DNA of 64,000 bases from Ignavibacteriota bacterium (GCA_963801355.1 CAWDEM010000008.1:64001-128000); one strand, 5' to 3'; shown: positions 39,651 to 49,739, numbered from the stretch's first letter. The notes: a model not told the origin generated them from the letters alone. Program-made: numbers and translations.

Positions 39651-40922
39651 ATGCCTACGGCAGCCGAAATCACAGAATTGGGAAACGACGCCCAAACGTA
39701 CCTGACGAAATCACTCCTTCCCTTCTGGATGGAACGCTCGCCCGACCCTGCCTACGGAGGATTTCTCCCTTTTTTTGATCGCCACGGCAAGCCGACGGGG
39801 GAGACCGAGAAGACATTCCTCTCGCAAATCCGGATGCTGTACACCATGTCAAGTGCCCACCGCGCCGGCTACGGCAACGGCCGCTGCGCCGAACTCGCGG
39901 ATATGTGTGCGCGGTTCATCCTCGATCATTACTGGGATACCACACACGGCGGGTGGTACTGGATCGCGGATCGACAGGGAAACCCGACCAACAAATCCAA
40001 AGTGGGATACGGACACTGCTTCGGGATTTACGCCTTCAGCGAGTATTTTCTTGCAACTGGAAATGCCGAGGGCAAGAAAGCGGCGAATGCGACCTACCAG
40101 GTCGTCTGCGAACATATGGTGGACACACGGCACGGGGGTTTCATCGAGCTCATGCAGCAGGATTGGCAGCCCGACCGCCCGGGCCGCTTCGGCGGGGATC
40201 GGAAGAGCCTGGATGTGCACATGCATATGATGGAGGCATTGACGACCTACTACGAAATGACCGGACATCCCACGCACCGGCGTCGGCTGCTGGAAATCAT
40301 CGACCTCCTGGTTTCTAAAATGCTCCGCCCTGGATCGGGAACAGGGTATTCCCAATTCACCTACAGCTTCGAACCCCTGCCTGCGATCATTTTCGCGACG
40401 ACATGGGGCCGCGACGCAAAACCCGACGAAGGTGACATTCACCCGATTAACTTCACTTCCTACGGTCACAACGTTGAGCTTGCCTGGCTCCTCATGCATG
40501 CAGGTGATGTCCTCGGACAGGGACGGGCTACCTATGAGCCGATCCTCAGGAACATGTGCGATCACTGCATCCGCTTCGGTGTGGACCACACCTACGGCGG
40601 TGTGTACTGCGAAGGACCGGATCAGTCACCAACGACACACACACAGAAGCAATTCTGGCAGCAGGGAGAAGCCCTTGTAGGTATGCTTGACGCCTATCTC
40701 TCGTTCCGGGAAGAACGATACTGGGCCGCATTCCGGAATATCTGGGACTTTGTTTTTGCCCACATGGTCAACATGGAGGGCGGAGGAGAATGGTATGAGC
40801 GGGTGGACCGCGAAGGGAATGTGGTAGACGACGCCCTCGGTCACGGCTGGAAAGTGAACTACCACACTGTGCGGTCCATGATTCAAGTGATACGGCGGCT
40901 GCACAAGATCACGGCTGCGTAG
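39651..40922 (+). CDS. AGE-family sugar 2-epimerase (N-acylglucosamine/cellobiose 2-epimerase-like)
   Basis: 'LLPFW', 'Q.RMLY', 'HMHMMEA', 'SYGHNVE..W', 'FWQQGE', 'WKVNYHTVR'. Confidence 0.88.
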   Translation: MPTAAEITELGNDAQTYLTKSLLPFWMERSPDPAYGGFLPFFDRHGKPTGETEKTFLSQIRMLYTMSSAHRAGYGNGRCAELADMCARFILDHYWDTTHGGWYWIADRQGNPTNKSKVGYGHCFGIYAFSEYFLATGNAEGKKAANATYQVVCEHMVDTRHGGFIELMQQDWQPDRPGRFGGDRKSLDVHMHMMEALTTYYEMTGHPTHRRRLLEIIDLLVSKMLRPGSGTGYSQFTYSFEPLPAIIFATTWGRDAKPDEGDIHPINFTSYGHNVELAWLLMHAGDVLGQGRATYEPILRNMCDHCIRFGVDHTYGGVYCEGPDQSPTTHTQKQFWQQGEALVGMLDAYLSFREERYWAAFRNIWDFVFAHMVNMEGGGEWYERVDREGNVVDDALGHGWKVNYHTVRSMIQVIRRLHKITAA

Positions 40923-40940
40923 CTGTTGAACGGAGTCACC

Positions 40941-42545
40941 ATGACGAATTCTCTCTCCCCTGCCGACATGGTCATCATCGCCGCGTATTTTACCGCAGTG
41001 CTTTCCGTCGGCTTCTATTTCCGTAAGCGGACAAAAAGCCCAACAGAGTACTTTCTTGCCGGCCGGAATGTGGGCTGGATTGCGATAGGAGCATCGCTCT
41101 TTGCCACCAACATCTCCAGTGAACACTTCCTCGGGCTGGCAGGGACAGGTTCAAAATCGGGGCTGGCGGTAGGGCAATTCGAGTGGCTCGCTATCCTGAT
41201 CCTTCTGCTCCTGGGTTGGGTGTTCACTCCATTTTATCTTCGCTCGGGCGTCTTTACCATGCCAGAGTTCCTTGAGCGCCGTTTTGGTCCCGCTTCACGG
41301 TACTATCTCAGTTTTGTCTCCATCGTAGCATATATCCTCACGAAGATCTCCATATCACTCTATGCCGGAGGAATCCTTCTGCATGCAGTTGTCGGATGGG
41401 ATATGTATACGTCCGCTTTCGTGATAGTGGTTGCCACGGGCGCATATACTGTTCTGGGCGGACTTGCTGCGGTGATCTACACGGATCTCCTGCAGATGTT
41501 CATTCTCATCTTCGGATCGGTGATGCTCACGCTGATCGGACTTCAACAGGCAGGCGGCTGGGAGAGGGTGGTTGCCACGACACCCCCTGAGTTCTGGAGC
41601 ATGTTCAAACCGATGAACGACCCGGATTTCCCCTGGACGGGGATACTGCTCGGTGCACCCATCATGGGAATCTGGTACTGGTGCACCGATCAATATATCG
41701 TGCAGCGTGTCTTGAGCGCAAGGAATCTCGATCAGGCGCGGAGCGGGACAATATTCGCGGGATTCCTGAAGATCCTTCCGGTATTCATCCTGGTGCTGCC
41801 GGGCCTCATTGCCTACAGTCTCTCCAATGGCCAGGTCACCGGTGACAGGGCGTATGCCTGGATGGTGACAACACTGCTGCCGTCGGGCCTGAAAGGATTG
41901 GTGGTTGCCGGACTGCTGGCTGCGCTCATGTCGTCCCTCAGCGCAATGTTTAATTCCACATCGACCCTCTTGACGATCGACATCTTCAAACGTCTCAGAC
42001 CGCAGGCAGATGACGCCAGCGTCGTCCGCTTCGGCAGACTTTCAACAGGGGTCATGGTGGTTCTGGGGCTCCTCTGGATCCCCTTCATTGGCAAGATGAG
42101 TGACGAGCGGATGTTTGTCTACCTCCAGAGCGTTTCGGGATACATCGCCCCACCGATATCCGCCTGTTTCTTGTTTGGCATCCTCTGGAAAAGGGCAAAC
42201 GGACAGGGAGCCATGGCGTGCCTTCTCACGGGCCTTGTTCTCGGCGGTGCCCGCTTCATCCTTGAAATTCAGAACAAAATGTCGCCCCTGACATCGGATG
42301 TTCTCACGTTCATTGCTACGGTGAATTTCCTGCACTACGCGGCATTCCTGTTTCTTGTGTGTTCACTCGTTTTGATTTTTGTCAGCCTGGCGACCGCGCC
42401 GCCCGCGCGCGAACGGATCGTGAACCTGACCTTTGCAGAAGTTGACCGTTCACATGCGCTCGACACAAAGCGGAACGGCGTGAATGCGGCAGCTTCGGTT
42501 GTGCTGGTACTTATCCTGCTTTTCCTCTGGTGGACCTATAGATAG
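40941..42545 (+). CDS. Sodium:solute symporter (SGLT-like)
   Basis: 'YFLAGR...W..IGASLFATNISSEH', 'WYWCTDQYIVQRVL', 'AALMSSL'. Confidence 0.93.
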   Translation: MTNSLSPADMVIIAAYFTAVLSVGFYFRKRTKSPTEYFLAGRNVGWIAIGASLFATNISSEHFLGLAGTGSKSGLAVGQFEWLAILILLLLGWVFTPFYLRSGVFTMPEFLERRFGPASRYYLSFVSIVAYILTKISISLYAGGILLHAVVGWDMYTSAFVIVVATGAYTVLGGLAAVIYTDLLQMFILIFGSVMLTLIGLQQAGGWERVVATTPPEFWSMFKPMNDPDFPWTGILLGAPIMGIWYWCTDQYIVQRVLSARNLDQARSGTIFAGFLKILPVFILVLPGLIAYSLSNGQVTGDRAYAWMVTTLLPSGLKGLVVAGLLAALMSSLSAMFNSTSTLLTIDIFKRLRPQADDASVVRFGRLSTGVMVVLGLLWIPFIGKMSDERMFVYLQSVSGYIAPPISACFLFGILWKRANGQGAMACLLTGLVLGGARFILEIQNKMSPLTSDVLTFIATVNFLHYAAFLFLVCSLVLIFVSLATAPPARERIVNLTFAEVDRSHALDTKRNGVNAAASVVLVLILLFLWWTYR

Positions 42546-42564
42546 GCATGGGGACTACGTGTGT

Positions 42565-43575
42565 ATGCACACTCGACTCCATATCCACATTCTCACCCCG
42601 GCGCATGGTGCCGGTTTGCGCCGTTCGGCCGCCATCCTTGCTGCAGTTCTCCGCCAATCCGATTTTGAAGTGACAGTGACAGTCTTTCATGGTGAATTCA
42701 AGTCACGCATCAGGCGGGCGATCAGGAAGCTCGGCGGTTCCATGGTGCGCCGGCCGCTGTATGACATGAACATTTTCCTGGAATCAGCGAAGCCCGGATG
42801 GTTTCGGTACGCGCGCATCAATTGTCTCATTCCGAATCAGGAATGGATGAGAGACGACACCACGAAATTTCTCCCGACATTTGACTGGGTGCTTTGCAAG
42901 ACACGGCATGCAGAACAGATTTTCAACCGGCTGGGGTGCCGCACGCGCTTCGTCGGATTCACCGGCGTTGACCGGTTCGACGGCACGGTGACGCACAACT
43001 ATGACAGCTTTGTCCACATCGCCGGCAGCAGCGAATTGAAGGGTACCGGGACTCTGGTCCAATGCTGGTTGCGGCACCCGGAATGGCCCCGGCTGAAAGT
43101 GCTCTGGCATGCCCAAGGGATTTCGGCCACTCCAGCCCCCAATATCAAGTGGGTAACCTCACGTGTTGACGAGAGGACGCTCCGCCGGCTTCAGAACAGC
43201 CACAGTGTCCATTTCTGCCTGTCGGCGGCGGAGGGCTTCGGTCATTATATCGTCGAAGCCATGAGCTGCAAGGCCGTTGTTTTTGCGACAGACGCACCGC
43301 CGATGAATGAGCTTGTGCAGCCGGACCGGGGTATTCTGGTGCCGTATGCAGAAGAGCGGACCATGGGGCTGAGTAAAGGCTATCGCGTAGATGATGCAGC
43401 GATAGAGAAATCGGTTGAAGCTCTCGATCACATGAACACCGAAGAACGGAAGCGCAAGGGAGAGAATGCGCGTACGTGGTATATCGAGAATGATCGTCTA
43501 TTCCGGCAACGGCTCGCCACAACGATTAAAGCATTGTCGAATGATGATCCCGGCGATGGGATCCTGCTTTCCTGA
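42565..43575 (+). CDS. GT-B (GT4-like) glycosyltransferase
   Basis: 'EGFGHYIVEAM' E-x7-E motif; 'TDAPPMNELV'. Confidence 0.82.
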   Translation: MHTRLHIHILTPAHGAGLRRSAAILAAVLRQSDFEVTVTVFHGEFKSRIRRAIRKLGGSMVRRPLYDMNIFLESAKPGWFRYARINCLIPNQEWMRDDTTKFLPTFDWVLCKTRHAEQIFNRLGCRTRFVGFTGVDRFDGTVTHNYDSFVHIAGSSELKGTGTLVQCWLRHPEWPRLKVLWHAQGISATPAPNIKWVTSRVDERTLRRLQNSHSVHFCLSAAEGFGHYIVEAMSCKAVVFATDAPPMNELVQPDRGILVPYAEERTMGLSKGYRVDDAAIEKSVEALDHMNTEERKRKGENARTWYIENDRLFRQRLATTIKALSNDDPGDGILLS

Positions 43576-43694
43576 GGATTCAGAAACATCACGGTGGTGA
43601 GACAGCATGTGCGGTAATCCGAAGACACCGTGCCGGTGCCAGACACCCTGATCGCCGGAGTCCTCGGCATTGCCAACATTCTCTACTGGTGGTT

Positions 43695-45008
43695 CTAACC
43701 TGTTGAATCGCCAAGCAGCACTTCCCTGAAGGACTCATACCGGGAAGAAATCCGGATGCTCTGTTTGGATCGCTCTTGCGCTTCCCTGAGCTGCGGCGGG
43801 AGCGGAATCCGCATCCCCAGTGCCCGTTCGATGACATCAGGGAATTTCCCGGGATGTGCCGTCGCCAGAACTATGATCGGTTCTTTTCCGTTTCTCTTCC
43901 GCGCCGCTGCAACCCCGACAGCCGTGTGCGGATCCAGAATCTTCCCCGTCCTTTGGTAGGTGTCCCGGATCTCACCGAGCGTTTCCTCATCCGTGATGCT
44001 CACAGCTTCCAGTGCACTCTGCATGGCCGTAACATCGTCGCGGAAATGTGATCGTACTCTCGCCAGGTTGCTCGGGTTGCCGATATCCATGGCGTTGGAG
44101 TGTGTTTGCACTGCAGTGCGCGGGACGAACGAACCTGTGCGAATGTACTGAGCGCCGGCATCATTGACGTTTGTCGCTGCCACCAGTTTCCCTGCCGGCA
44201 GCCCCATGGCTTTCGCATATATCCCTGCGGTCAGATCACCGAAGTTGCCGCTGGGCACCACGAAGACGGGTGCGGTCTCTGCTCCTTCACTCCGGCGCGT
44301 GTTCCGCCACTGCGCCACTCCCCACACGTAGTAGCCAATCTGAGGGAGTAATCTGCCGAGGCTGATGGAATTCGCGGTGGTCAGATGCCGGGCCTCAGCC
44401 ACCTCCTTGTCGGCAAGTGCCTGCTTCACGAGACGCTGACAGTCATCGAACGTGCCATCGACCTCGAATGCATGAATGTTCCCGCCGAGAGTCGCCATCT
44501 GTTGCTCCTGCAGCGAACTGATTTTCCCGGAGGGGTAGAGAACATGCACGGTGATATGCGGCACATTGAAGAATCCATGGGCGACGGCACTTCCGGTATC
44601 GCCGGATGTCGCCACGGCAATCGTGATATCCTCATGCGTTTCGTACAGGTAGTGCGAAAGTATGTGGGCAAGAAATCGCACACCTATGTCTTTGAAAGCA
44701 AGAGTCGGTCCATGGAAGAGTTCGAGCAGGTGGATGTTGCCATGCAGGTGAGTGAGTGGTATGGGAAACGTCCATGCGCGCCTGAACACATCGCTACACT
44801 CATCGCGCGAAATGTCGTCGATGAACGCTGCAGCCACCTCAAGGCCGATCGCATGGAGAGATGTCGTCGAAAGTTCTCTCCTCAATGCCGCCGGGAGGCG
44901 GGGAAGCCGCTCCGGGATATACAGCCCGCCGTCAGGAGCTAGCCCCGAGAAAACGGCTTTCCGGAACGTCGTCGCGGGGGCATGTCCTGCTGTGCTCACA
45001 TAGTTCAC
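43695..45008 (-). CDS. thrC: Threonine synthase
   Basis: 'GLAPDGGLY.P', 'ELFHGPTLAFKD', 'ATSGDTG', 'VPSGNFG', 'TAHPGKF'; GTG start at 45008. Confidence 0.96.
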   Translation of the reverse strand: MNYVSTAGHAPATTFRKAVFSGLAPDGGLYIPERLPRLPAALRRELSTTSLHAIGLEVAAAFIDDISRDECSDVFRRAWTFPIPLTHLHGNIHLLELFHGPTLAFKDIGVRFLAHILSHYLYETHEDITIAVATSGDTGSAVAHGFFNVPHITVHVLYPSGKISSLQEQQMATLGGNIHAFEVDGTFDDCQRLVKQALADKEVAEARHLTTANSISLGRLLPQIGYYVWGVAQWRNTRRSEGAETAPVFVVPSGNFGDLTAGIYAKAMGLPAGKLVAATNVNDAGAQYIRTGSFVPRTAVQTHSNAMDIGNPSNLARVRSHFRDDVTAMQSALEAVSITDEETLGEIRDTYQRTGKILDPHTAVGVAAARKRNGKEPIIVLATAHPGKFPDVIERALGMRIPLPPQLREAQERSKQSIRISSRYESFREVLLGDSTG

Positions 45009-45060
45009 GTGCTGCGTGTCCAGAGTTTCACACTGTTCATGTGCTTCGTGTCCAGAGTAT
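44997..45060. repeat. Imperfect 32-bp tandem duplication of the thrB/thrC junction
   Basis: 44997-45028 versus 45029-45060 align at 27/32 positions. Confidence 0.9.
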
Positions 45061-45987
45061 TTTTGCGCCGGCGCGGTTGATGCGCGACACGTACGCATCG
45101 CTCGCAATGCCCGCCGCGCGAGCAAATGTCTTTTGCATGGCGTTCGCCACCGCATGTGCCGTGTGGACCGAAGCCGTTACTGCAAACATGGACGGTCCTG
45201 ATCCGGAAATCGAACACCCGAACGCCCCCGCCCGCAGTGCGGATTCCCTGACGTCGGCAAAACCGGGGATGAGATTTGCCCGCACGGGTTCTGCCACTGC
45301 GTCCTCAATGCACCTTCCCACCAGCGCCGGATCACCTGCCGCCAACCCGACGGTCAATCCGCTGATGTTTCCCCACTGGTTGATGGCCGTCTGCAGTGTG
45401 ATGGCCTTCGGCAGCATGCTTCGGGCATCTTCTGTCCGGATGACCGTGTGCGGGTGGACGACAACCCATACGATCGTATCTCTTGTCGGAACCGGGATCA
45501 CATCCAGAGGAGTGTACTTGCGGACCAAACACGCGCCTCCGAACAAGCAGGGTGCCGCATTGTCGGCGTGTGCCGCGCCGGACGCCTTTCGTTCTCCTTC
45601 CATGGCGAATCGGAGGAGGTCGGCTCTTTCAACAGGCCGGGGAAGCAATGCGTTCACAGCGACTGCGGCTGCGACACTGCTGGCAGCGGAGCTCCCGAGT
45701 CCGGATCCAATCGGCATCCGTTTGTCAAGCATCAGCTTTATGCCGAAGGGTGGATGAAATTCATCCAGCATCAACACGGCGACGTGGCCCGCGACGTTTG
45801 ATCGTGCATCAACCGGCACATCGGGGTGTGTTGTCCGCACGGAAAAGGCGAGCCCGGGCGCGGCCTGGCGCTCGGCAACCACGACGTCACCCGGCTGATT
45901 AATCGCGAGGCCCAGCACGTCGAAGCCGGAACCGAGGTTGGCGATGGTTGCCGGTGCGAATACTCTCGTTTTGCGTGGACGTATCAT
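45037..45987 (-). CDS. thrB: Homoserine kinase
   Basis: 'APATIANLGSGFD', 'PIGSGLGSSAAS', 'HADN', 'ISGSGPS'. Confidence 0.96.
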   Translation of the reverse strand: MIRPRKTRVFAPATIANLGSGFDVLGLAINQPGDVVVAERQAAPGLAFSVRTTHPDVPVDARSNVAGHVAVLMLDEFHPPFGIKLMLDKRMPIGSGLGSSAASSVAAAVAVNALLPRPVERADLLRFAMEGERKASGAAHADNAAPCLFGGACLVRKYTPLDVIPVPTRDTIVWVVVHPHTVIRTEDARSMLPKAITLQTAINQWGNISGLTVGLAAGDPALVGRCIEDAVAEPVRANLIPGFADVRESALRAGAFGCSISGSGPSMFAVTASVHTAHAVANAMQKTFARAAGIASDAYVSRINRAGAKILWTRST

Positions 45988-48455
45988 TGTGGGAGATAGT
46001 GCAAGAGTTTGAGAAGATCGGAAAATACACCCATTGCCGTCACTTCGGCTCCGGCGCCGGGTCCCTGCACCACGAGTGGCGATTGCGCATAACGATGCGT
46101 TGTAAAGGTAATGACATTATCACTCCCGTGCGTCGAAGCAAGCGGATGGTCCTGCGGGATCCCTTTCACCCCGGCAAACGCCGCCCTTCCCTGGAGCACG
46201 CCGGCATAGCGCAGCACCCGGCCCTGCTCCCGGGCTTCCAGGAAGCGGCGCCGCATCGCGGCATCGGATTTCCTGTACGCGGCGAAGAATCCCCGCGGCA
46301 GAGGTCCTCCACGCAATGCACGGGGCACAAGGTTCTCAGTCCGGATCTGCCGCAGATCCATTCGCAGCCCGAGCTGTCGTGCGAGGATGAGCAGTGTGCG
46401 TGCCACATCTTCACCTGACAGGTCATCACGCGGATCCGGCCCGGTGAAGCCGAGCTCCATGGCCTCCTGCACCAGAGCGCTGAACGGCACCGTGCCGTCG
46501 TAGCGGTTGAACAAATGACCGAGCGTGCCGGAAAACACCCCTTCGATCTTCACAATGGTGTCGCCGCTGGCAATCAAATCATCGAGCGTCGAGATGATGG
46601 GCAACCCTGCACCGACGTTAGCTTCGTAGAGAAAATACTTCTGGCGGCTTTTCACAAGATCCGTCAGCTGCTTGTACCGCCGCCAGGGGAGCACATTTGC
46701 TTTCTTGTTGGGTGTCACGATGTGCATATTCAGCCGCACGAAGTCTTCGTACAGGTCGACGATCTCTCCGCTCGCCGTGCAATCGACGATGACGGCGTTC
46801 GTGAATTGCAACTCCGCCAGGTGACGGAGGAACGACCGTCGTTCCATGCGCAGCGAGGAAGAATCCAGTACATCCTTCCACCGGAGGAGATCGATGCCAT
46901 CCGGCGAGAGCGCAAACCGGGAACTATCGGCGATTCCGCAGAGACGCGCTTCAAAGCCCCGTCCGTGCAAAAATCTGCGCTGTTGATGCAGCAGCCGCAA
47001 GAATGCAGCACCGATGCTCCCCGGTCCGATCACAATCACCGCGAGAGCTTTGCGCCGTTCAAAGAAGGCAGAATGAACCACGTTGAGTGCCCGGATTCGC
47101 TGACTCTCATCTATCACGAGCGAGATGTTGCGTTCTGATGCGCCCTGGGCTATGGCAGTGACGTTTATGCCATTGCGCCCCAGAGCCTGAAACACTTTTC
47201 CCGACACCCCAGGCGTCCCTTCCATGCCGTCACCCACGACGGCAATGATCATCTGGCCGGGTTTCTCGTCCAGTGACATCATCTTCGACAGCACTTCATA
47301 CCGGAATTCCTCGTTGACCGCCTCGCGCGCCCGGGGCACATCCACGCTGCTGACGGCGATGCAGATCGTGTGTTCCGAAGACGCCTGGGAAATGAGGATG
47401 ACGTTCACGTTGTGCGACGCCAGGCAACGGAAGAGCCTCCCCGCGGTTCCCGGCACGCCCACCATCCGCAAACCGCGAAGCGTGAGCAGCGTGCATTGAT
47501 CCACCGAGGCAATGCCCTTCGCGACGCTCTCCCACCGGTTGACATGGCTGGAGATGCGGGTGCCGGGTGCAGCGGGGTTCAGGCTGTTTTTGATGAGGAT
47601 GGGAATCCGTTTGACCACCGCAGGTGCAATCGTAGAGGAATGCAGAACCTTCGCCCCGAAGTACGAGAGCTCCATCGCTTCTTCGTAGGACATGTGCGGC
47701 ACAACGAACGCCGCCTTGACTGCCCTCGGATCCGCGCTGAGAATGCCGTCGACATCCGTCCATATTTCGATCACCCCCACTCCCAGCGCGGCACCGAGAA
47801 TCGCGGCGGTATAGTCTGAGCCGTCGCGCCCGATCGTGGTCGTGCGCCCGTCTTCCGTGGCTCCGATGAATCCTGTCACAACGGGAATCGCCGTCCTGCC
47901 CGAACGGCCATAGAGGCCGGAAAACACTTTCTTGACTGCCGCATTGGTCGCAGGAAACAATACGCCTGCCCTCGTGAATCGATCGTCAGTGACAATACAC
48001 GTCCGCGCGTCGACGAACCGGGCGGCCCTTGTGCGCTGGAGATAGGATGCCAGGGTGAGGGCCGACAGGCGTTCACCGAAACTTGCAGTCAAATCCTGGG
48101 TACGCGGAGAGCAATGGCGAAGCAGGTAGACCCCCTGGAGTACATTGTTGAGTTCTGAGAGGAGAGTCCGCACTTCGTTTGCCACCCGTTTGGGCGGACG
48201 GTGTGCGTGCAATTCGTCGAGTGTGTCCAGATGGCGCTTCACAAGCGTTTCATACAACGAGAGAAATTCCGCGTTGCCGTTCTCAGCCAGGCGGGCACAT
48301 TCCAGCAACTGATTTGTCACACCCTGATATGCGGAGACCACGACCAGCACAGGGCCGCGTCTTGCTGCCTGGAGCACGATCGAAGCGACATCGCGCATCC
48401 GGCCGGGGTTCGCCACTGAGGACCCCCCGAATTTCATCAGCTTGCGCTTTTGCAT
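45984..48455 (-). CDS. thrA: Bifunctional aspartokinase/homoserine dehydrogenase
   Basis: 'KFGGSSV', 'GSDYTA', two ACT domains, 'YEANVGAGLP', 'GPGAGAEVTA'. Confidence 0.96.
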   Translation of the reverse strand: MQKRKLMKFGGSSVANPGRMRDVASIVLQAARRGPVLVVVSAYQGVTNQLLECARLAENGNAEFLSLYETLVKRHLDTLDELHAHRPPKRVANEVRTLLSELNNVLQGVYLLRHCSPRTQDLTASFGERLSALTLASYLQRTRAARFVDARTCIVTDDRFTRAGVLFPATNAAVKKVFSGLYGRSGRTAIPVVTGFIGATEDGRTTTIGRDGSDYTAAILGAALGVGVIEIWTDVDGILSADPRAVKAAFVVPHMSYEEAMELSYFGAKVLHSSTIAPAVVKRIPILIKNSLNPAAPGTRISSHVNRWESVAKGIASVDQCTLLTLRGLRMVGVPGTAGRLFRCLASHNVNVILISQASSEHTICIAVSSVDVPRAREAVNEEFRYEVLSKMMSLDEKPGQMIIAVVGDGMEGTPGVSGKVFQALGRNGINVTAIAQGASERNISLVIDESQRIRALNVVHSAFFERRKALAVIVIGPGSIGAAFLRLLHQQRRFLHGRGFEARLCGIADSSRFALSPDGIDLLRWKDVLDSSSLRMERRSFLRHLAELQFTNAVIVDCTASGEIVDLYEDFVRLNMHIVTPNKKANVLPWRRYKQLTDLVKSRQKYFLYEANVGAGLPIISTLDDLIASGDTIVKIEGVFSGTLGHLFNRYDGTVPFSALVQEAMELGFTGPDPRDDLSGEDVARTLLILARQLGLRMDLRQIRTENLVPRALRGGPLPRGFFAAYRKSDAAMRRRFLEAREQGRVLRYAGVLQGRAAFAGVKGIPQDHPLASTHGSDNVITFTTHRYAQSPLVVQGPGAGAEVTAMGVFSDLLKLLHYLPQ

Positions 48456-48460
48456 GATGG

Positions 48461-49333
48461 TTACTGACCTTGACTCAGCACCTTGCTGAGTTCTTCAGAG
48501 CGGCGGGTTGCCGTGGCAACAGCATTGATGAGCATTGACCGCAACCCGTGCGACTCCAGTTCGTGAATCGCATTGATGGCTGTCCCGCCCGGCGTGGTCA
48601 CCTGGTCACGCAAGATTGCCGGATGGAGTCCGGACAACTTGACGAGCTTGGCCGACCCCAGTACGGTCTGAATGGCAAGGCGTGTCGCGATATCGCGCCC
48701 GAGTCCCATTTTTACGCCGCCGTCAATGAGTGCTTCGATAACCATGTAGATGTACGCCGGGCCGCTTCCGCTCAGGCCGGTGACGGCGTCAAGTTGTTCT
48801 TCGGCAACGGTGACGATCTCCCCGACAGCTGAAAAGATGGCCTCTGCGATCTTCTTCTGCTGTCCGGTGACATGGTCGCCATACGCAATTGCCGTTGCGC
48901 CTTCATCCACGGTCGAAGCGATGTTGGGCATCGTGCGGACAATCCCGAGCTTACGGCCTGCAAGCTCCTCCAGAAAGGCAATCCGTATGCCGGCCGCGAT
49001 GGAGATCACGAGGTGATCGTCGCGCAACACCGGCTTGATCTCTTTGAGGACCTTCGGGATGGTCATCGGTTTGACGCACAGCAGGACAATTTCGGCGCCG
49101 GCGACGGCGTCGCGCAGGTTCGTGCCGGTGCGTATATGCCACTTTGCCGCGAGGGCATGAAGCTTCTCACTGTTGATATCGCACCCCGTGATCTTCTGAG
49201 GCGGAGTCAATCCCGCTTTGACGATACCGATCAGGAGTGAAGTACCCATATTCCCCGTTCCGAGCACCGCGATGGTCTTGTCGATTTGATGGTGTTTTTC
49301 GGACCGATGCTTCCCGGTGGTGTCTGCTGTCAT
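48461..49333 (-). CDS. proC: Pyrroline-5-carboxylate reductase
   Basis: 'G.GNMG', 'RTMPN', 'TGLSGSGPAY', 'VTTPGGT'. Confidence 0.96.
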   Translation of the reverse strand: MTADTTGKHRSEKHHQIDKTIAVLGTGNMGTSLLIGIVKAGLTPPQKITGCDINSEKLHALAAKWHIRTGTNLRDAVAGAEIVLLCVKPMTIPKVLKEIKPVLRDDHLVISIAAGIRIAFLEELAGRKLGIVRTMPNIASTVDEGATAIAYGDHVTGQQKKIAEAIFSAVGEIVTVAEEQLDAVTGLSGSGPAYIYMVIEALIDGGVKMGLGRDIATRLAIQTVLGSAKLVKLSGLHPAILRDQVTTPGGTAINAIHELESHGLRSMLINAVATATRRSEELSKVLSQGQ

Positions 49334-49478
49334 GGCTCAGTTCCTCATCATCCGTGAAAGGTTGTGATATCCCTCCGGACATTATCAACACTCCTCTGTC
49401 CGAGGCGAACTCTGCTTGACCTTGTTACTTCGTGGATATTGTTGCTTCTGGTGTGAGCGTTGTTGCCCCGGCCGTTCG

Positions 49479-49625
49479 TCAGCTGACTGTCGTCAGCTGT
49501 GGAGCGGGAAGGAGGCCGATCGTCGTGGTAGTAGTGCGGGTGAGGGATGCTGCAGACAGTATTCCCCGAGCGCCGGTCACGGTGCCAGATACTCCCGGGA
49601 ATCCGATATGTCTGCTGGCGTGCAC
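49479..49625 (-). promoter_or_regulatory. Putative Thr-rich leader peptide (thrL-like) upstream of proC-thrABC
   Basis: GTG 49625 (or GTG 49580) ... SLTRTTTTTIGLLPAPQLTTVS*; five consecutive Thr codons then Ile; stop lies at the 3' arm of hairpin CAGCTGAC-GACA-GTCAGCTG. Confidence 0.6.
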
Positions 49626-49652
49626 TGTAGTGGCTTGCCTACATACAACCCC

Positions 49653-49680
49653 AATATAATGGAAAAGGAAGGGGTGTCAA
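49653..49680 (-). promoter_or_regulatory. Sigma70-type promoter for leader-proC-thrABC
   Basis: TTGACA-N16-TATATT on the minus strand. Confidence 0.6.
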
Positions 49681-49739
49681 GGGAAATTTCAAAGAGTTTT
49701 GGCTATATTCCTTCTATTCTACCCGTGAAAGGGTCATCC

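Noticed and set aside
49425-49481. Selenocysteine readthrough of the leader TGA
   Set aside because: No redox context or SECIS-like hairpin downstream; noted only as a Thr-rich continuation
49416-49739. Cys-rich N-terminal extension of GH78
   Set aside because: It is the antisense of the thr leader and promoter; the signal peptide starts at 49740
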